A stretch of 64,000 bases of DNA from Camelus dromedarius (lineage: Eukaryota): NCBI RefSeq assembly GCF_036321535.1, contig NC_087437.1, positions 100,566,001 through 100,630,000 of the forward strand. Direction: 5' to 3'. The position numbers and the translations under genes were made by a program. Within the stretch, counting starts at the first letter, position 1. Every line of letters starts with the position of its first letter. Of this stretch, positions 39,309 through 50,680 are shown piece after piece. Under the pieces are notes generated by a model. The model was not told the DNA's origin, did no database searches, and worked only from the letters and a program-made list of their open reading frames with translations.

Positions 39309-42300
39309 ACAGAAGAGGAGTAGAAAGGGTGGAAATTTTCTCAGTTTAGAAGTATATTTGAGGGAATTCTTGATTTTTTTTAGGTAAAATTTATTATAAG
39401 TACAAAATTCTTTGTTTAATGATTGTTTTCTTGCTTAGTTGGAATTCGTGGGTAAATAAATGTACAGAACTATATGTATATAGCTTAGGGTTTATTTATC
39501 TTCCATTTCTGATGTAGTCTGGTTTTATTTTGATTTCTTAGTCCTGATTTATAACCTTGCAAGCATGATTAAGTTTTGATTTTTTTTTTTTGGCTTATCC
39601 ATTTGGAATACATTTCCCTTGATTACTACACATTTTTGGTTTATTGTAGTTTCACTTGGATTACTGTAGTGATTAACATGGCTGAGCACAGAGGTTTGGA
39701 AATTCTATCACTTTAGAAAATCTGAAAATTGATGGAGCAGATTGTTGGCAGTAATTAGTTACAAATGGCAACTTTTTTTTTTTTTTTGAAAAATGACTTT
39801 TCCTTGAGGAATTATGTTCTGTATTGTTTTTCAGAGTGTTGGTCTTTGGAGAGGTACTTGTGATTTTAGGAAACACTGTAACTTTATCTTCAAATTAAAT
39901 GTCACTTAGGCCTTTGATGCCATGTCTTCTAAGCTCTTTAAATTAAAAATAACTTTACCCCTTTTTCAAAGAATCCAAGTAGTTCAAGGTTAAATAGTAT
40001 GTATTGTGATGTCAGGGAGGCCTCCACTTTGTTCCTCCAAAAATGTTCTATTCCATGGTTTCTTACCTTACTTCAATAGAAGAATATTGACATAAATTAA
40101 AAGTGAGCACTGAATTGCTCTTTTGGGAACTGCTCCCTCCTTTTTTCCTGTACTGACATTAAAATCATCCATTTCATTTTGCCTGGAGACAAAAATGTGT
40201 TATATCATTTTTCCATCTACATTTTGCCTGAGAAAAAATGTGCAAGACAGCTGTTTCATGTTGAAATGGATCCAGTTTCTACTAAATATGTCCTCAGAGC
40301 TTCTGAGGGTTTATTTTTAACTCTGATAGAATTAATTTAGAATAAGACATAAATGACCACTACTGTACCTATCTGATTTTCTGGAGAATGTGTGGTCACC
40401 TATGCCTTTGAGTACACAGTGGTAATGTGCATTCTCAAGTAAATCAGAAAAAATATTGTTGCAGGGTAAAAATAGTGTATCTACTCAATTCCTGCTGCAG
40501 TCATTTGAATTGACTAATATTTTGATTGTTTGATTAAGAATTTAAAAGAAGTTATACATTCATTTAAATCAGCACACCTATGTTGTATGTAAAGCCTCTT
40601 CTTAGACACTGTTCAAGTTTATATGCTAGGCTGTGGTTGGTGGGTGAGAGTGTCAGGTGTGAAGAGGGAAAGGATATTGCATTGAATTCCATCAAAAGGT
40701 TGCAAGCTTAAAGATTAGATTCCATTTTGGGGCTTCAGGGGCACCTGGCCATTCTTTTTATGACCTGATCAGGGCTTAAACACGTCTGAAGATTGATTTC
40801 CCCTCACCTCATTCACCTCACGTGGATTGAATCGCCCACATGCGTTGTGTGCATGTGACCATGGGTGCACACACCTGTGTTGGCAGTGAGGGCGGGGACA
40901 AACTGTTCTGTCTCTGTTCCATCCTTCACTTTGAAAAGGATGAGCCCCCAGATGGAGCCTAATCTTCAAGCCTGTCACAAAGCAGGATAGATATGTGTTT
41001 GAATCATGGCTCCCTCCCTTGTCAATACCTGTGTAACCTTCCATGAAAACTGGAGACAACAATTTTGAGAACTGGAGGTCACTTAATTAAAGTACCCTGC
41101 ACATTTTCAGTCCCACTGTAGACGGTTAGGCCTAGTAGTTATTATTATTGTCATTATTACAAAAATCCTCCTGTCACTATATTTAACTAATGTATTCCAT
41201 CCATGGGAAACATATACATATAGAAGCAAAGTAGTTCTTTGTTATTGTGTAAGAAGCCATGTTTGGAGTCCCACACTGTGGGTGACTTCCTGAGCACAGG
41301 AGGATCTGAGGGTGCAGGTGCTGTCTGAGGGAGCTTTCAGAGCCTAGCTCTAACTTTGTAGTTTATTAATCTGCTGCCATGGAAACAAATATTTAATCCT
41401 TAAAAACAAGAAAACGGCTTTCAACAAAGCACTATTTCAAACAGTATGATGGTGATGGGCAGTATTTTTTTTTTTTTTAAACAGTATGATTTTTAAGTGA
41501 CTAACCTCATTTTTTGGCAATCTGATTTGAGTTTCCATGGAAACAAAAGTGACAGCTGAAGTCTCTAAGCTCTTGTAACTTGTGGGGCTCAGGTTAAGTC
41601 TACAAATGTCAGTTGTCTCAAGGCACCTAGAGGAGCCAACAGAAATAACAGTCAACTGAGCTCCAGGGAAGAGGAAGGAAAATGATAAATCAAGCATTTA
41701 CAAAATTATATCTACACAATGCTGGGAGTCTGAGAAAAGCACATGTGATGGGTAGATAGAGACTTGCGGACGTAATTCAGGGCTAGAGACTTAGTATGTG
41801 GCTTTCCCTCACTGTAGCTAAGCAACTTACCTATTTGTAATGTATTTTTAAAATATTGAGTAGAGGAATATTAGGAAAGGCTAAAAGAGTGGAGGATTAA
41901 TAAAATATCACATAATGGTTCTATTGTTTACCAGCATTAGAACCACGAAAAAAGAAAAATTAAATAAAAATGTATAAAAGCCAAGTTATAAGAACAGATG
42001 TGATACCGGTCCAAGTATTTATTTTGGGGCTTTTATTATTGTTTTTGTAGAGATTTTTTTTTCTAATTCTGAATATTTAACAATGGCATACCTCCCTGGC
42101 TGGATATGAAGGTACTTTTCACTGTCTACTTTAGAAAGACTTTTCAGTAGTTCCATATCACATCAGAGGGAGAAACAAATCAGGAATTCACCTCTTTAGT
42201 CTCTAATACGTGATATGAAACACACCATTTTTTTCCCCCAAACTCACGTTTATTGAAAGTATGTGAGTGCTTACTGGCAGTGTTTACTCCCTACAAGAAG

Positions 42301-42485
42301 AGCTATGTTTCTGAATTGCTTTGTGAGTGGTGAGGATCATCCAATCTAGGCTACTCAGATTACCAGATCTTTCACTGAAAATCTCATTTGTCTTACAGGT
42401 ATTTATAAAGTTTTCTTTATAAGTATCCATATGGGTTTCCATAAATGAAGATTTTATTAAAAAAAAAAGCAAAACATTTAGTTGA

Positions 42486-43378
42486 CAAACAGCTCATACA
42501 GCTTAATATCAAAAAACCCTCAAACATCCCAATCCAAAAACGGGCAGAACTAAATAAGCATTTCTCCAAAGAAGACATCCAGATGACCAACAGGCACATG
42601 AAAGGATGCTCAATATCACTCATTATTAGAGAAATGCAAGTGAAAACTACAGTGAGGTGTCACCTCACACCAGTTGGAATGGCTGTTGTTAAAAAGTCTA
42701 CAAATAATATTTCTGGAGAGGATGTGGAGAAAAAGGAACCCACCACACTGTTGGTGGGAATGTAAATTGGTGCAGCCACTATAGAGAACAGTGTGGAGGT
42801 TCCTTAAAAAACTAAAAGTAGAGTTACTATATGATCCAGCAATCACACTCCTGGGCATGTATCTGGAGAAAACTAATTTGAAAAGACACATACACCCCAA
42901 TATTTATAGCAGCACTATTTACAATAGCAAAGACATGGAAACAAACTAAATGTCCATTGACAGGTGAATGGATAAAAAAGATGTGGTATATATATATATA
43001 CAATAGAATATTACTCAGCTATAAAAAAAGAATGAAATAATGCCATTTGTAGCAATATGGATGGACCTAGAGAATTATCAATATTAAGTGAAGTAAGTCA
43101 GACAGAGAAAGACAAATGTCATATGATACCACTTATATGTGGAATCTAAAAAAAAATACAAATTTTATTTACAAACCATAAATAGACTCACAGCCATAGA
43201 AAACAAACTATGGTTACCAATGGAGGAAGGTGGAAGAGGGATAAATTGGGAGTTTGGGATTAATAGACACACACTACTATATATAAAATAGATAAATAAC
43301 AAGGACCTACTGTATAGCACAGCGAACTATATTCAGTTTCTTGTGGTAAGCTATAATAGAAAAGAATCTGAAAATATA

Positions 43379-43429
<51 letters not shown>

Positions 43430-43502
43430 AACTGAATCACTTTGCTGTATCCCTGTGCTTAACACTGTAAATCAAATACACTTCAATGAAAAATAAAATT
43501 TT
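42486..43502 (+). mobile_element. 5'-truncated cetartiodactyl-type LINE-1 (ORF2 C-terminus + 3'UTR)
   Basis: ORF 42445..42765 encodes L1 ORF2 C-terminal [39 protein letters not shown]; full 3'UTR; TSD aaaacatttagttga (42471-42485) / aaaaagtttagttga (43503-43517). Confidence 0.95.
43379..43428. repeat. Compound (TG)n(TA)n microsatellite inside the L1 3'UTR
   Basis: Direct reading. Confidence 0.92.
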
Positions 43503-43938
43503 AAAAAGTTTAGTTGAGAAGGATTGTGGGCTTTGTGGCATAAACAATATAAAGTGTCTCAACTTTTAAGCCTAAACAGATACATAGCAAGTGGAATGTA
43601 ATATTCAAATTAAAAGGTAATCTCATTTTTTATCCCACTAAGGAATGATTTTATTATAGGAAATTTTTATTAATTACTTTTCTGATTATTAAAATTCTGT
43701 ATGCTCTTTTAAAATCTTTTAAAACAAAACTAAAGAATTAAAAAGAAAATAAAAGTCATTCACAATCCAACCACTTAGCGTTTACATGTAAAGCATACAT
43801 ATAAAATACCATCACATACATTTTTATATGTTTTGACTTAAATGCAGTTATAATATCCTTTCACATATATACTCTCATTTGTATATTTATGTAAATTTAT
43901 AACAGTATATATTCTTTCTAACCTACTTTATTTTTAAC

Positions 43939-45505
43939 AGGCATTTTTTATTTAAAATTTTTAAAATTTTATTTTATTATTTTATTATTTTTTAAATTTG
44001 TGGTAAGAACCCTTAACGTGAGATCTATCATCTTCATAAATATTTAAGTGTACAAAACAGTGTTTTAACTTTAGGCACAGCACTGTACAGCAGATCTCTA
44101 GAGTTCATGCTCATTGATTAGCACCTGCCTTTTCCTCCTACTGTCAACACCTGGAACCCACCATTCCACTTCTGATTCTGTGAGTTTGAATAGATTTGTC
44201 ATTTAAGAGGAATCATGTAGTATTTGTTTTTCTGTGACTGACTTCTTTCTCTTAGCATAATGTCCATAAGTTTCATTCATGTTGTTACATCTAGGAGGAT
44301 TTCCTCCTTTTTTAAGGGTGAGTAATACACCATTGTATGTATGTACCACATTTTCTTTATCTGTTCATTCATTAATAGGCATTTAGGTTGTTTACAGATC
44401 TTGGCTGTTGTGAACAGTGCTGCAATGAACATGGGAGTGCTAATATCTCTTTGAGATACTGATTTCAATTCTTTTGGATAAATACCCAGAAGTAGGAATG
44501 CTGAATCATATGATAATTTCATTTTCAGTTTTTTGAGGAACTTCCATACCATTTTCCATAGTGGCTGCATCATTTTGCATTCCCATTAACAGCATTTTAG
44601 TTTCTCCATATCCTCATCAACATTTGCTGTCTTTTGTTTTGTTTTTTTTTTTGATAATAACCATCCTAACAACTGTGAGGTGATATCTCATAGTAGTTTT
44701 GATTTGCATTTCCCTGATTAGTGATGTTGAGCATCTTTTCAAATACTTATTTGCCATATGTATGTCTTCTCTGGGGAAATGTCTATTCAGCTCCTTCACC
44801 CATTTTTTTAACTGGGTTATTTGTTGTTTTGCTATTGAGTTGTAAGAATTCTTTATATATTTTGGATATTAACCTCTTATCAGATGCAAGGTTTGTATAT
44901 TTCTCCCATTCCATAGGTTGTCTTTTCATTTTGTTGATCATTTCCTTTGCTGAGTAGAAGCTTTTAAATCTGATGTAACCCCATTTGTCAATTTTTGCTT
45001 TTGTTACCTGTGCTTTTTGATGTCACATCCAAGAAGTCATTGCCAAGACCAATGTCATAAAGCTTTTTCCCTATGCTTTATTCTAGGAGTTTTATAGTTC
45101 CAGGTCTTATGTTTAAGTCTTTATTTTGAGTTGATTGTTGTGTGTTGTAGAAGAAAGGTTGAGTTCATTTTTTTGCCTGTGGATGGATATTCGGTTTTCT
45201 CAACACCATTTGTTGAAGTGTCTATCCTTTCCCCATTGTGTATTTTTGGCACATTTATTGAAAATGAGTTGATCCTATATGCATAAGTTTATTTTGGGGC
45301 TCTCTATTCTGTTCTTCTGACTATATGTCTTTGTGCCTGTATCATACTGTTTTGATTACTGTAGCTTTGTAATATATTTTGAAATCAGGAAGTGTGATGC
45401 CTCCAGCTTTGTTCTTTTTTCTCAAGATTTATTTGGCTATTTGGGGCCCTTTGTAGTTGCATATGAATTTTTGAATTGTTTTTTCTGTCTGTAAAAAATG
45501 CTACT
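43939..45505 (-). mobile_element. LINE-1 3' portion (L1MA10/L1MB-like) inserted in an older antisense L1ME-like element (~43640-46080)
   Basis: ORFs 44277..44573 and 44617..44799 encode L1 ORF2 C-terminus; 20-bp TSD taacctactttatttttaac (43919-43938) / taacctgcttcatttttaac (45506-45525). Confidence 0.92.
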
Positions 45506-46104
45506 TAACCTGCTTCATTTTTAACTTCAACTGTGTTATAAATATCCTTCCATGGCTATAACAGTAAAATCAGTATTAACTTTTAATAGTGGCCTTATAA
45601 TGTTACATTGTGTGAGTATATTATATGCCATTTAATAAAGTCTCCATTTTAGGGTATTTACATAATTTTTCTTTTACATTGTTTATGATTATTTTAAGAA
45701 ATATGTTCATACATATACTTTGTGAATTTGTCTGGTTATTTATTTGGAATGAATTTATAAAAATGATATTTTCTAGTTAGGAGGTATACACACTTAAAGT
45801 TTTAGGTAAAAGTTGTAAAATTTCCTCCAAAATTCCTGTAGCTGTTTATACCACTTTTGCAGTGCTTGAGATATCTCATTTCCCTACATCTTCACCCAAA
45901 CTAAATTTTATTATTGGTTTTTTTTATCTTAGTTAATCAAGGAGACAAAACGTAGTATCTTAAATTTTGCTTACTTTGTATATCCTTTACTACTGATTGG
46001 CTTATTTCACTTATTAAGTGCCAATTTGTATTTCATATTTTATGGATTTCTGGCTTACTGTATTTGCCCACTTTTTTGTTGGAATTTTTAAAATATACTT
46101 TGTA

Positions 46105-46285
46105 AGATTTGTTTTTCAGATTCTTTTCCATTATAGGTTATTACAAGTTATTGAATATATTTCCCTGTGCTCTACAGTAGGTCCTTGTTGTTTATCTATT
46201 TTATATATATTAGTATAATTGAATCACTTTGATGTATACCTGAAACTAACACAACATTGTAAATCAACTATACTTTGATAAAAAA
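46105..46285 (+). mobile_element. Short young L1 3'UTR stub with 5' inversion
   Basis: Antisense L1 3'UTR piece (~46110-46215) joined to the sense terminal piece (~46216-46285); tttt/aaaa site at 46086-46093. Confidence 0.85.
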
Positions 46286-46419
46286 TTTCTTTATACAGTA
46301 ATGATATTAACCCTTAATCAAATATATAATTAAAATATTTTTCAGTTTATTGTTTGCCTTTTGCATATGATTTTTTTGTCTTGACTCATTTTAGTGTGTG
46401 TTTTATCTTTTTCTGTTCT

Positions 46420-46930
46420 AGCATTACCAATGTATAATTGATAAATAAAATTGTAGTATGGTTAACATGTACAATATGATGATTTGGTGTATGTGTGTAT
46501 GCATTGTGAAATGACTCCAACAATCAAATCAGTTTAAGACTTCAACACATAGTTTCCTTTTTGTTTTTTTGTGAGAATGCTTAACATCTACTCTTTTAGC
46601 AAATTTCAAGTGTTCAACACAGTACTGTTAACTATGGTCACCATACTATAAATCAGATTCTCAGAGCTTATTTATCTTATAACTGAAAGTTTATCCCCTT
46701 TCTCCAACCTGTCCCCCTCCCACCTTTTTTTTTTTTAGATTTCACGTATAAGTGATATCATACAGTATTCATCTCTGTCTGGTCTATTTTACTTAGCGTA
46801 ATGCCCTCCAGTTTTATCCATGTTGTCACAAATGGCAAGATTCCTTTGTTTTTTTTTTTATAGCTGAATTATATGTATATGTATGTATAATATAATATGT
46901 ATTATATATATATGTATATATAAATCTTAT
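46420..46930 (-). mobile_element. LINE-1 3'UTR (L1MA9-like)
   Basis: gtgagaatgcttaacatctactcttttagcaaatttcaagt...tcttataactgaaagttt...atccatgttgtcacaaatggcaagatt. Confidence 0.85.
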
Positions 46931-47085
46931 ATTTTTCTTCCCTTTAATCCAACATTTTGTTTTATTGCCTTTTTAGCAAACTTTCTTCATTATATCAAGA
47001 GTACTACTTTGTGGACAGTTGCTATTTCCAGCATTAAGTTATCTTCTCCTCAATTCCACCACTCATCATTCTGGGATTTACTTAC

Positions 47086-47177
47086 CTGTTCGGTTCCACC
47101 AATTAGTAGCAAACCTGGCAATGCTGCATTAACTGGAAGTTCTCATAGAATCACACGGTCATGGGAGAATGGTATTT
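47086..47177 (-). ncRNA. Candidate non-coding exon (92 nt)
   Basis: Minus-strand acceptor ttttccctctctcactgtag| and consensus donor CAG|GTAAGT; stops in all three frames. Confidence 0.5.
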
Positions 47178-48763
47178 CTACAGTGAGAGAGGGAAAATTC
47201 CAGTTGTTTTTCCTTCTTCTTTTCTTGGTCTAGTTTTCAATTAGTTCCTGAGATAAATTGTTCTGGCTCACATGTTGCAATTTTATGGTGACTTACAGGG
47301 TGTGAATTAAGGAGCAAAAAGGAGGGTTCCTATGGACCATTTGTCTCCCAGGAGAGAATATCTTCCACTGTTAGAAGTCCATTCTTCTGGTTTAAGACTC
47401 TGTTTCCAATAGAATGAAAATAACTCTTAGAGGAATAACCCCTTAGACTATTATAACTTAGTAACATTTCAATTTGCAGATTATTTCCATCTGGATTGTT
47501 ATGTAAGAGCAAGACCCTGACCATTATTAGACATTGGACACAGCAGTTTTTATAGTGGGGTGATTGGTAGAGAGGACAGAAAATGACAAAATTGGAGGAA
47601 TAGATGTGGTCTTTTAAAGAGAGAGAAGATCTTTATGAGAAGTTAGGAGAACTCAGAAAATGAAATTTTTTTTTGTCTATGGCTTGCCTTGCCTAGTTGT
47701 ATAGGAAAATTGCATGAGGAATAGAGGAATAGAGGGGGTGGAGGTTATAGCTGCTTTTACAGTAAGATCCATTAAGTTTCCTTCCCACTAGCCCAATCTC
47801 AGCCAACAGAAGACAGGGTTATTATTATTAAAAAGCAAGCCAGCAGCAGGGTTCCTACCATGTATAGAATTCTATTGTCATCAATGCAGTCATTTTTAGT
47901 GACACATTAAAACAAACATCGAGGCCAGAATTACTTTTAAAAAATATCTTTCCAACTGTAATCATTAGCATAATCATTCAATACTGCATTTTCTAATAAA
48001 ATATAGCCACTTTATTCTACCTAATAGTCTATGTGGCGTTGTTACTGATGTGACAAATAAAAAAAAATCACTTCCAAGCAGCTACATTTTGTGTGCAGCA
48101 CACACAGCTGCCACTTGAAGCTCAGCTCACAATCAATTTGATAAATCAATCAATTTTCACTTTGTCTTCATCTCCTAGGTAACCAGAGCATCCATCCAGA
48201 CCCTTGCCAAGGAAGAACATTTAAAAAGCAATATGTATTCATAATCGGTTTTCTTCTAACACTGACTTAATAAAAAAGCAAAGAGCTACACATGCAGTTT
48301 TTAAATCACAATAACACAAATTTTCTTTGATTCTGGAGAGAGAGCTTGAGGGGAAACATACTGTAGAGTACAACATTGTTATATTTCAGTCTCTTATGAT
48401 CTATCAGGAACAAAAACTGCACCACCTGCTTTGTCTATTATGTGTTTAACGTGAATAACAAGCATCCCACTGCTGGTTATTAAAACAAATCATAAGCCAT
48501 CTGACATTGTACTTATAACCCATCCCTTGCTTCATGCCTCTGAGAAAGACGCAACTTGGTGGGTGGGGAGGGGAGGAGGAGTGCATTGGGGCAAACCTTT
48601 TGATGTGAATGCAAGGCATCTGGCCTCAAAGGAAGTCATTTATCTGCATCCAAATCCCTAAAAAAAAGCATTATGTAAAATATAATTATAAAACAATTTT
48701 ATTGGCACAGTGTAGAGGATGAAAATTTCTAGCAGTTGCAGAAAACATTAAGTTTTACCTTAC

Positions 48764-49081
48764 CTGAATCCTCTTGGTGTGCGAAGTCATGAGAAAATGG
48801 AACATTTGGTGTTTTTAGGAATAACTCATGTGCAGGAAGTCATGGATCTTGCTAAGTTTGTTGATACAGTGTGAGATTCAAATTCCACTGATTGCACAGG
48901 TTTCAAGTTCAGCTGGGCCTGCCCCATCTACCTGGATGTAGCTAGTTGCTTTATTGGCCATTATTTCCTATGGGACGTTTTAACCCATGCCTTGTAAAGA
49001 TTCAACACCAAATATACATTGGAGAACTTACATGCAAATTTACACTGGAGAAGAATAATCTTTGTTGAATACCTGTTAGAG
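48764..49081 (-). ncRNA. Candidate non-coding exon (318 nt)
   Basis: Minus-strand acceptor ttttattttcaaattcttccttttttcag| and donor CAG|GTAAGG. Confidence 0.4.
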
Positions 49082-49276
49082 CTGAAAAAAGGAAGAATTT
49101 GAAAATAAAATAGTATGGATGGGGTTATCAGTCCTTGAGTTTCTATGTTGTAAATATTGTTTTTGCTTAAATATTTTTTAAGGACTTGGAAACTATTTAA
49201 GGCCTTGGTTTTATATTTAAGAGCAAGATGGAGGTGAAGACTGGACACAGCATGGTCTTATAGGAAGACCACTTAC

Positions 49277-49352
49277 CTGAACATCTGTCCAGGCTGTTTA
49301 GGGCCCTTTGGTGGGAGTTTGATGAAATCACTTATTTCTGTTTGGGCCTCAT
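49277..49352 (-). ncRNA. Candidate MIR-derived non-coding exon (76 nt)
   Basis: Minus-strand acceptor tcttcttcatcaacacttcgttttacag|ATGAGG from an antisense MIR core (plus strand gcctcatctgtaaaa) and consensus donor CAG|GTAAGTG. Confidence 0.4.
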
Positions 49353-50172
49353 CTGTAAAACGAAGTGTTGATGAAGAAGACGTTGAGTTTCTCCCAACTC
49401 TCAAGTTCTGTGGCTTTATCTAATAGAGTAGGAGGACTTAGAGAGTTCCTTTCCACCCCCACATCTGCACATTTAGACTGTGTTTATTTAAGTGCTCTAA
49501 AACTCTGAGGAACACACATCTTAACAAGATTTATATTAGAGTTTCAAAATGGTATCGAGTGGCTATTTATCTAATCTTTTTTTTTTTTAATGTCAAAAAA
49601 ACAAAAATGTAACAAAACGAAACACAGGCAGTGCCATGTGTTTGGATTTGAATCTGCTTGAGTTTATTTTATTTTATATTATCCTGCAATGAAAGGGCCA
49701 AACTCTTTTCAGCTAATGAAAGAGCCCACAATATGTCAATCAATTCAAGGCTCTTCAGGTTATTTATAACCCCAGTAAATACATTCCATTTTTCAAAAAC
49801 GAATAGGTGCTATGGACTAAACTGAGTATTTTACAAACTCATTAATTAAGGTTCCATTTATGAAGAATTAAAGAAGAACTTGGGAGTAAACAGATAAACA
49901 TTTCTGGAAGCTTCTTGATTCTTCTTGGTAAACATAGCAAGAGACAGAGTGCAGATTAAAATTTTAAAAAATTTTTATTAAAAGTTTTAATTTATTTATT
50001 TATTGAAGTGTACAATAAAATTTAATAAGACCTTTGTTTACTACAGTGCTCTTTGTGGCTCCCCTGTGGTCCTTGCTAAAGAGAATAACGATCAGTACAT
50101 AGGACTTTGGAGAGTCCTATGTCATGGGATTCAAGCCCCCTAAAACTCTTCATAAAATGCCATTGTTCCCTA

Positions 50173-50680
50173 TGTTGACTGAAATAAAATGCACAACCTG
50201 AAAGTTGAGAGTTAGGTTTCATTCAGTAGACATTTCCGAGGACTTGATCATGGGATGACAGCCTTTCAGATCTCTCTGAGGGACTGCTCCCAAGAGATAG
50301 GGGAGGAGCCAGGATAGATAGAAGTTTTTACAAGAAAGACCAGGTATTTGGAACATTAAAAGATTACTGTTAACTAAAGAAAACCAGATATCTCAAGTTA
50401 AAGAATTTAACGTTTTTGTACCTATGGGAAGGGGCAAAGGTCTGGGTTTATTGAAATCATGCCTTTGATATGCAAGTAGCTATCTAGGGCCAGTATCCTG
50501 TTCTTCATCCTGAGTTCCCTCAGGGTGCACCGTCGGGGGTGGCAGCAGAGGCTGGGCTGCCTGCTTGTCTGCATCCTAACTTTCCCATGCTCACTCTCAG
50601 GGGTGCCGGTAGCAGCTGATGACTTGATGGCCAGAGCATCCTTTGTTTACTGATATGGCTGGCAGTATTGTTCATTCACA
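50173..50680 (-). mobile_element. MER41-like ERV1 solo LTR (508 bp)
   Basis: TG...CA ends; perfect 4-bp TSD ccta (50169-50172, 50681-50684); reverse complement begins tgtgaatgaacaatactgccagccatatcagtaaacaaaggatgc, as I recall for cetartiodactyl MER41-type LTRs. Confidence 0.88.

Noticed and set aside
42445..44957. ORFs with clear protein-like sequence
   Set aside because: Fragments of L1 ORF2 C-terminus in truncated, frameshifted copies, not host genes
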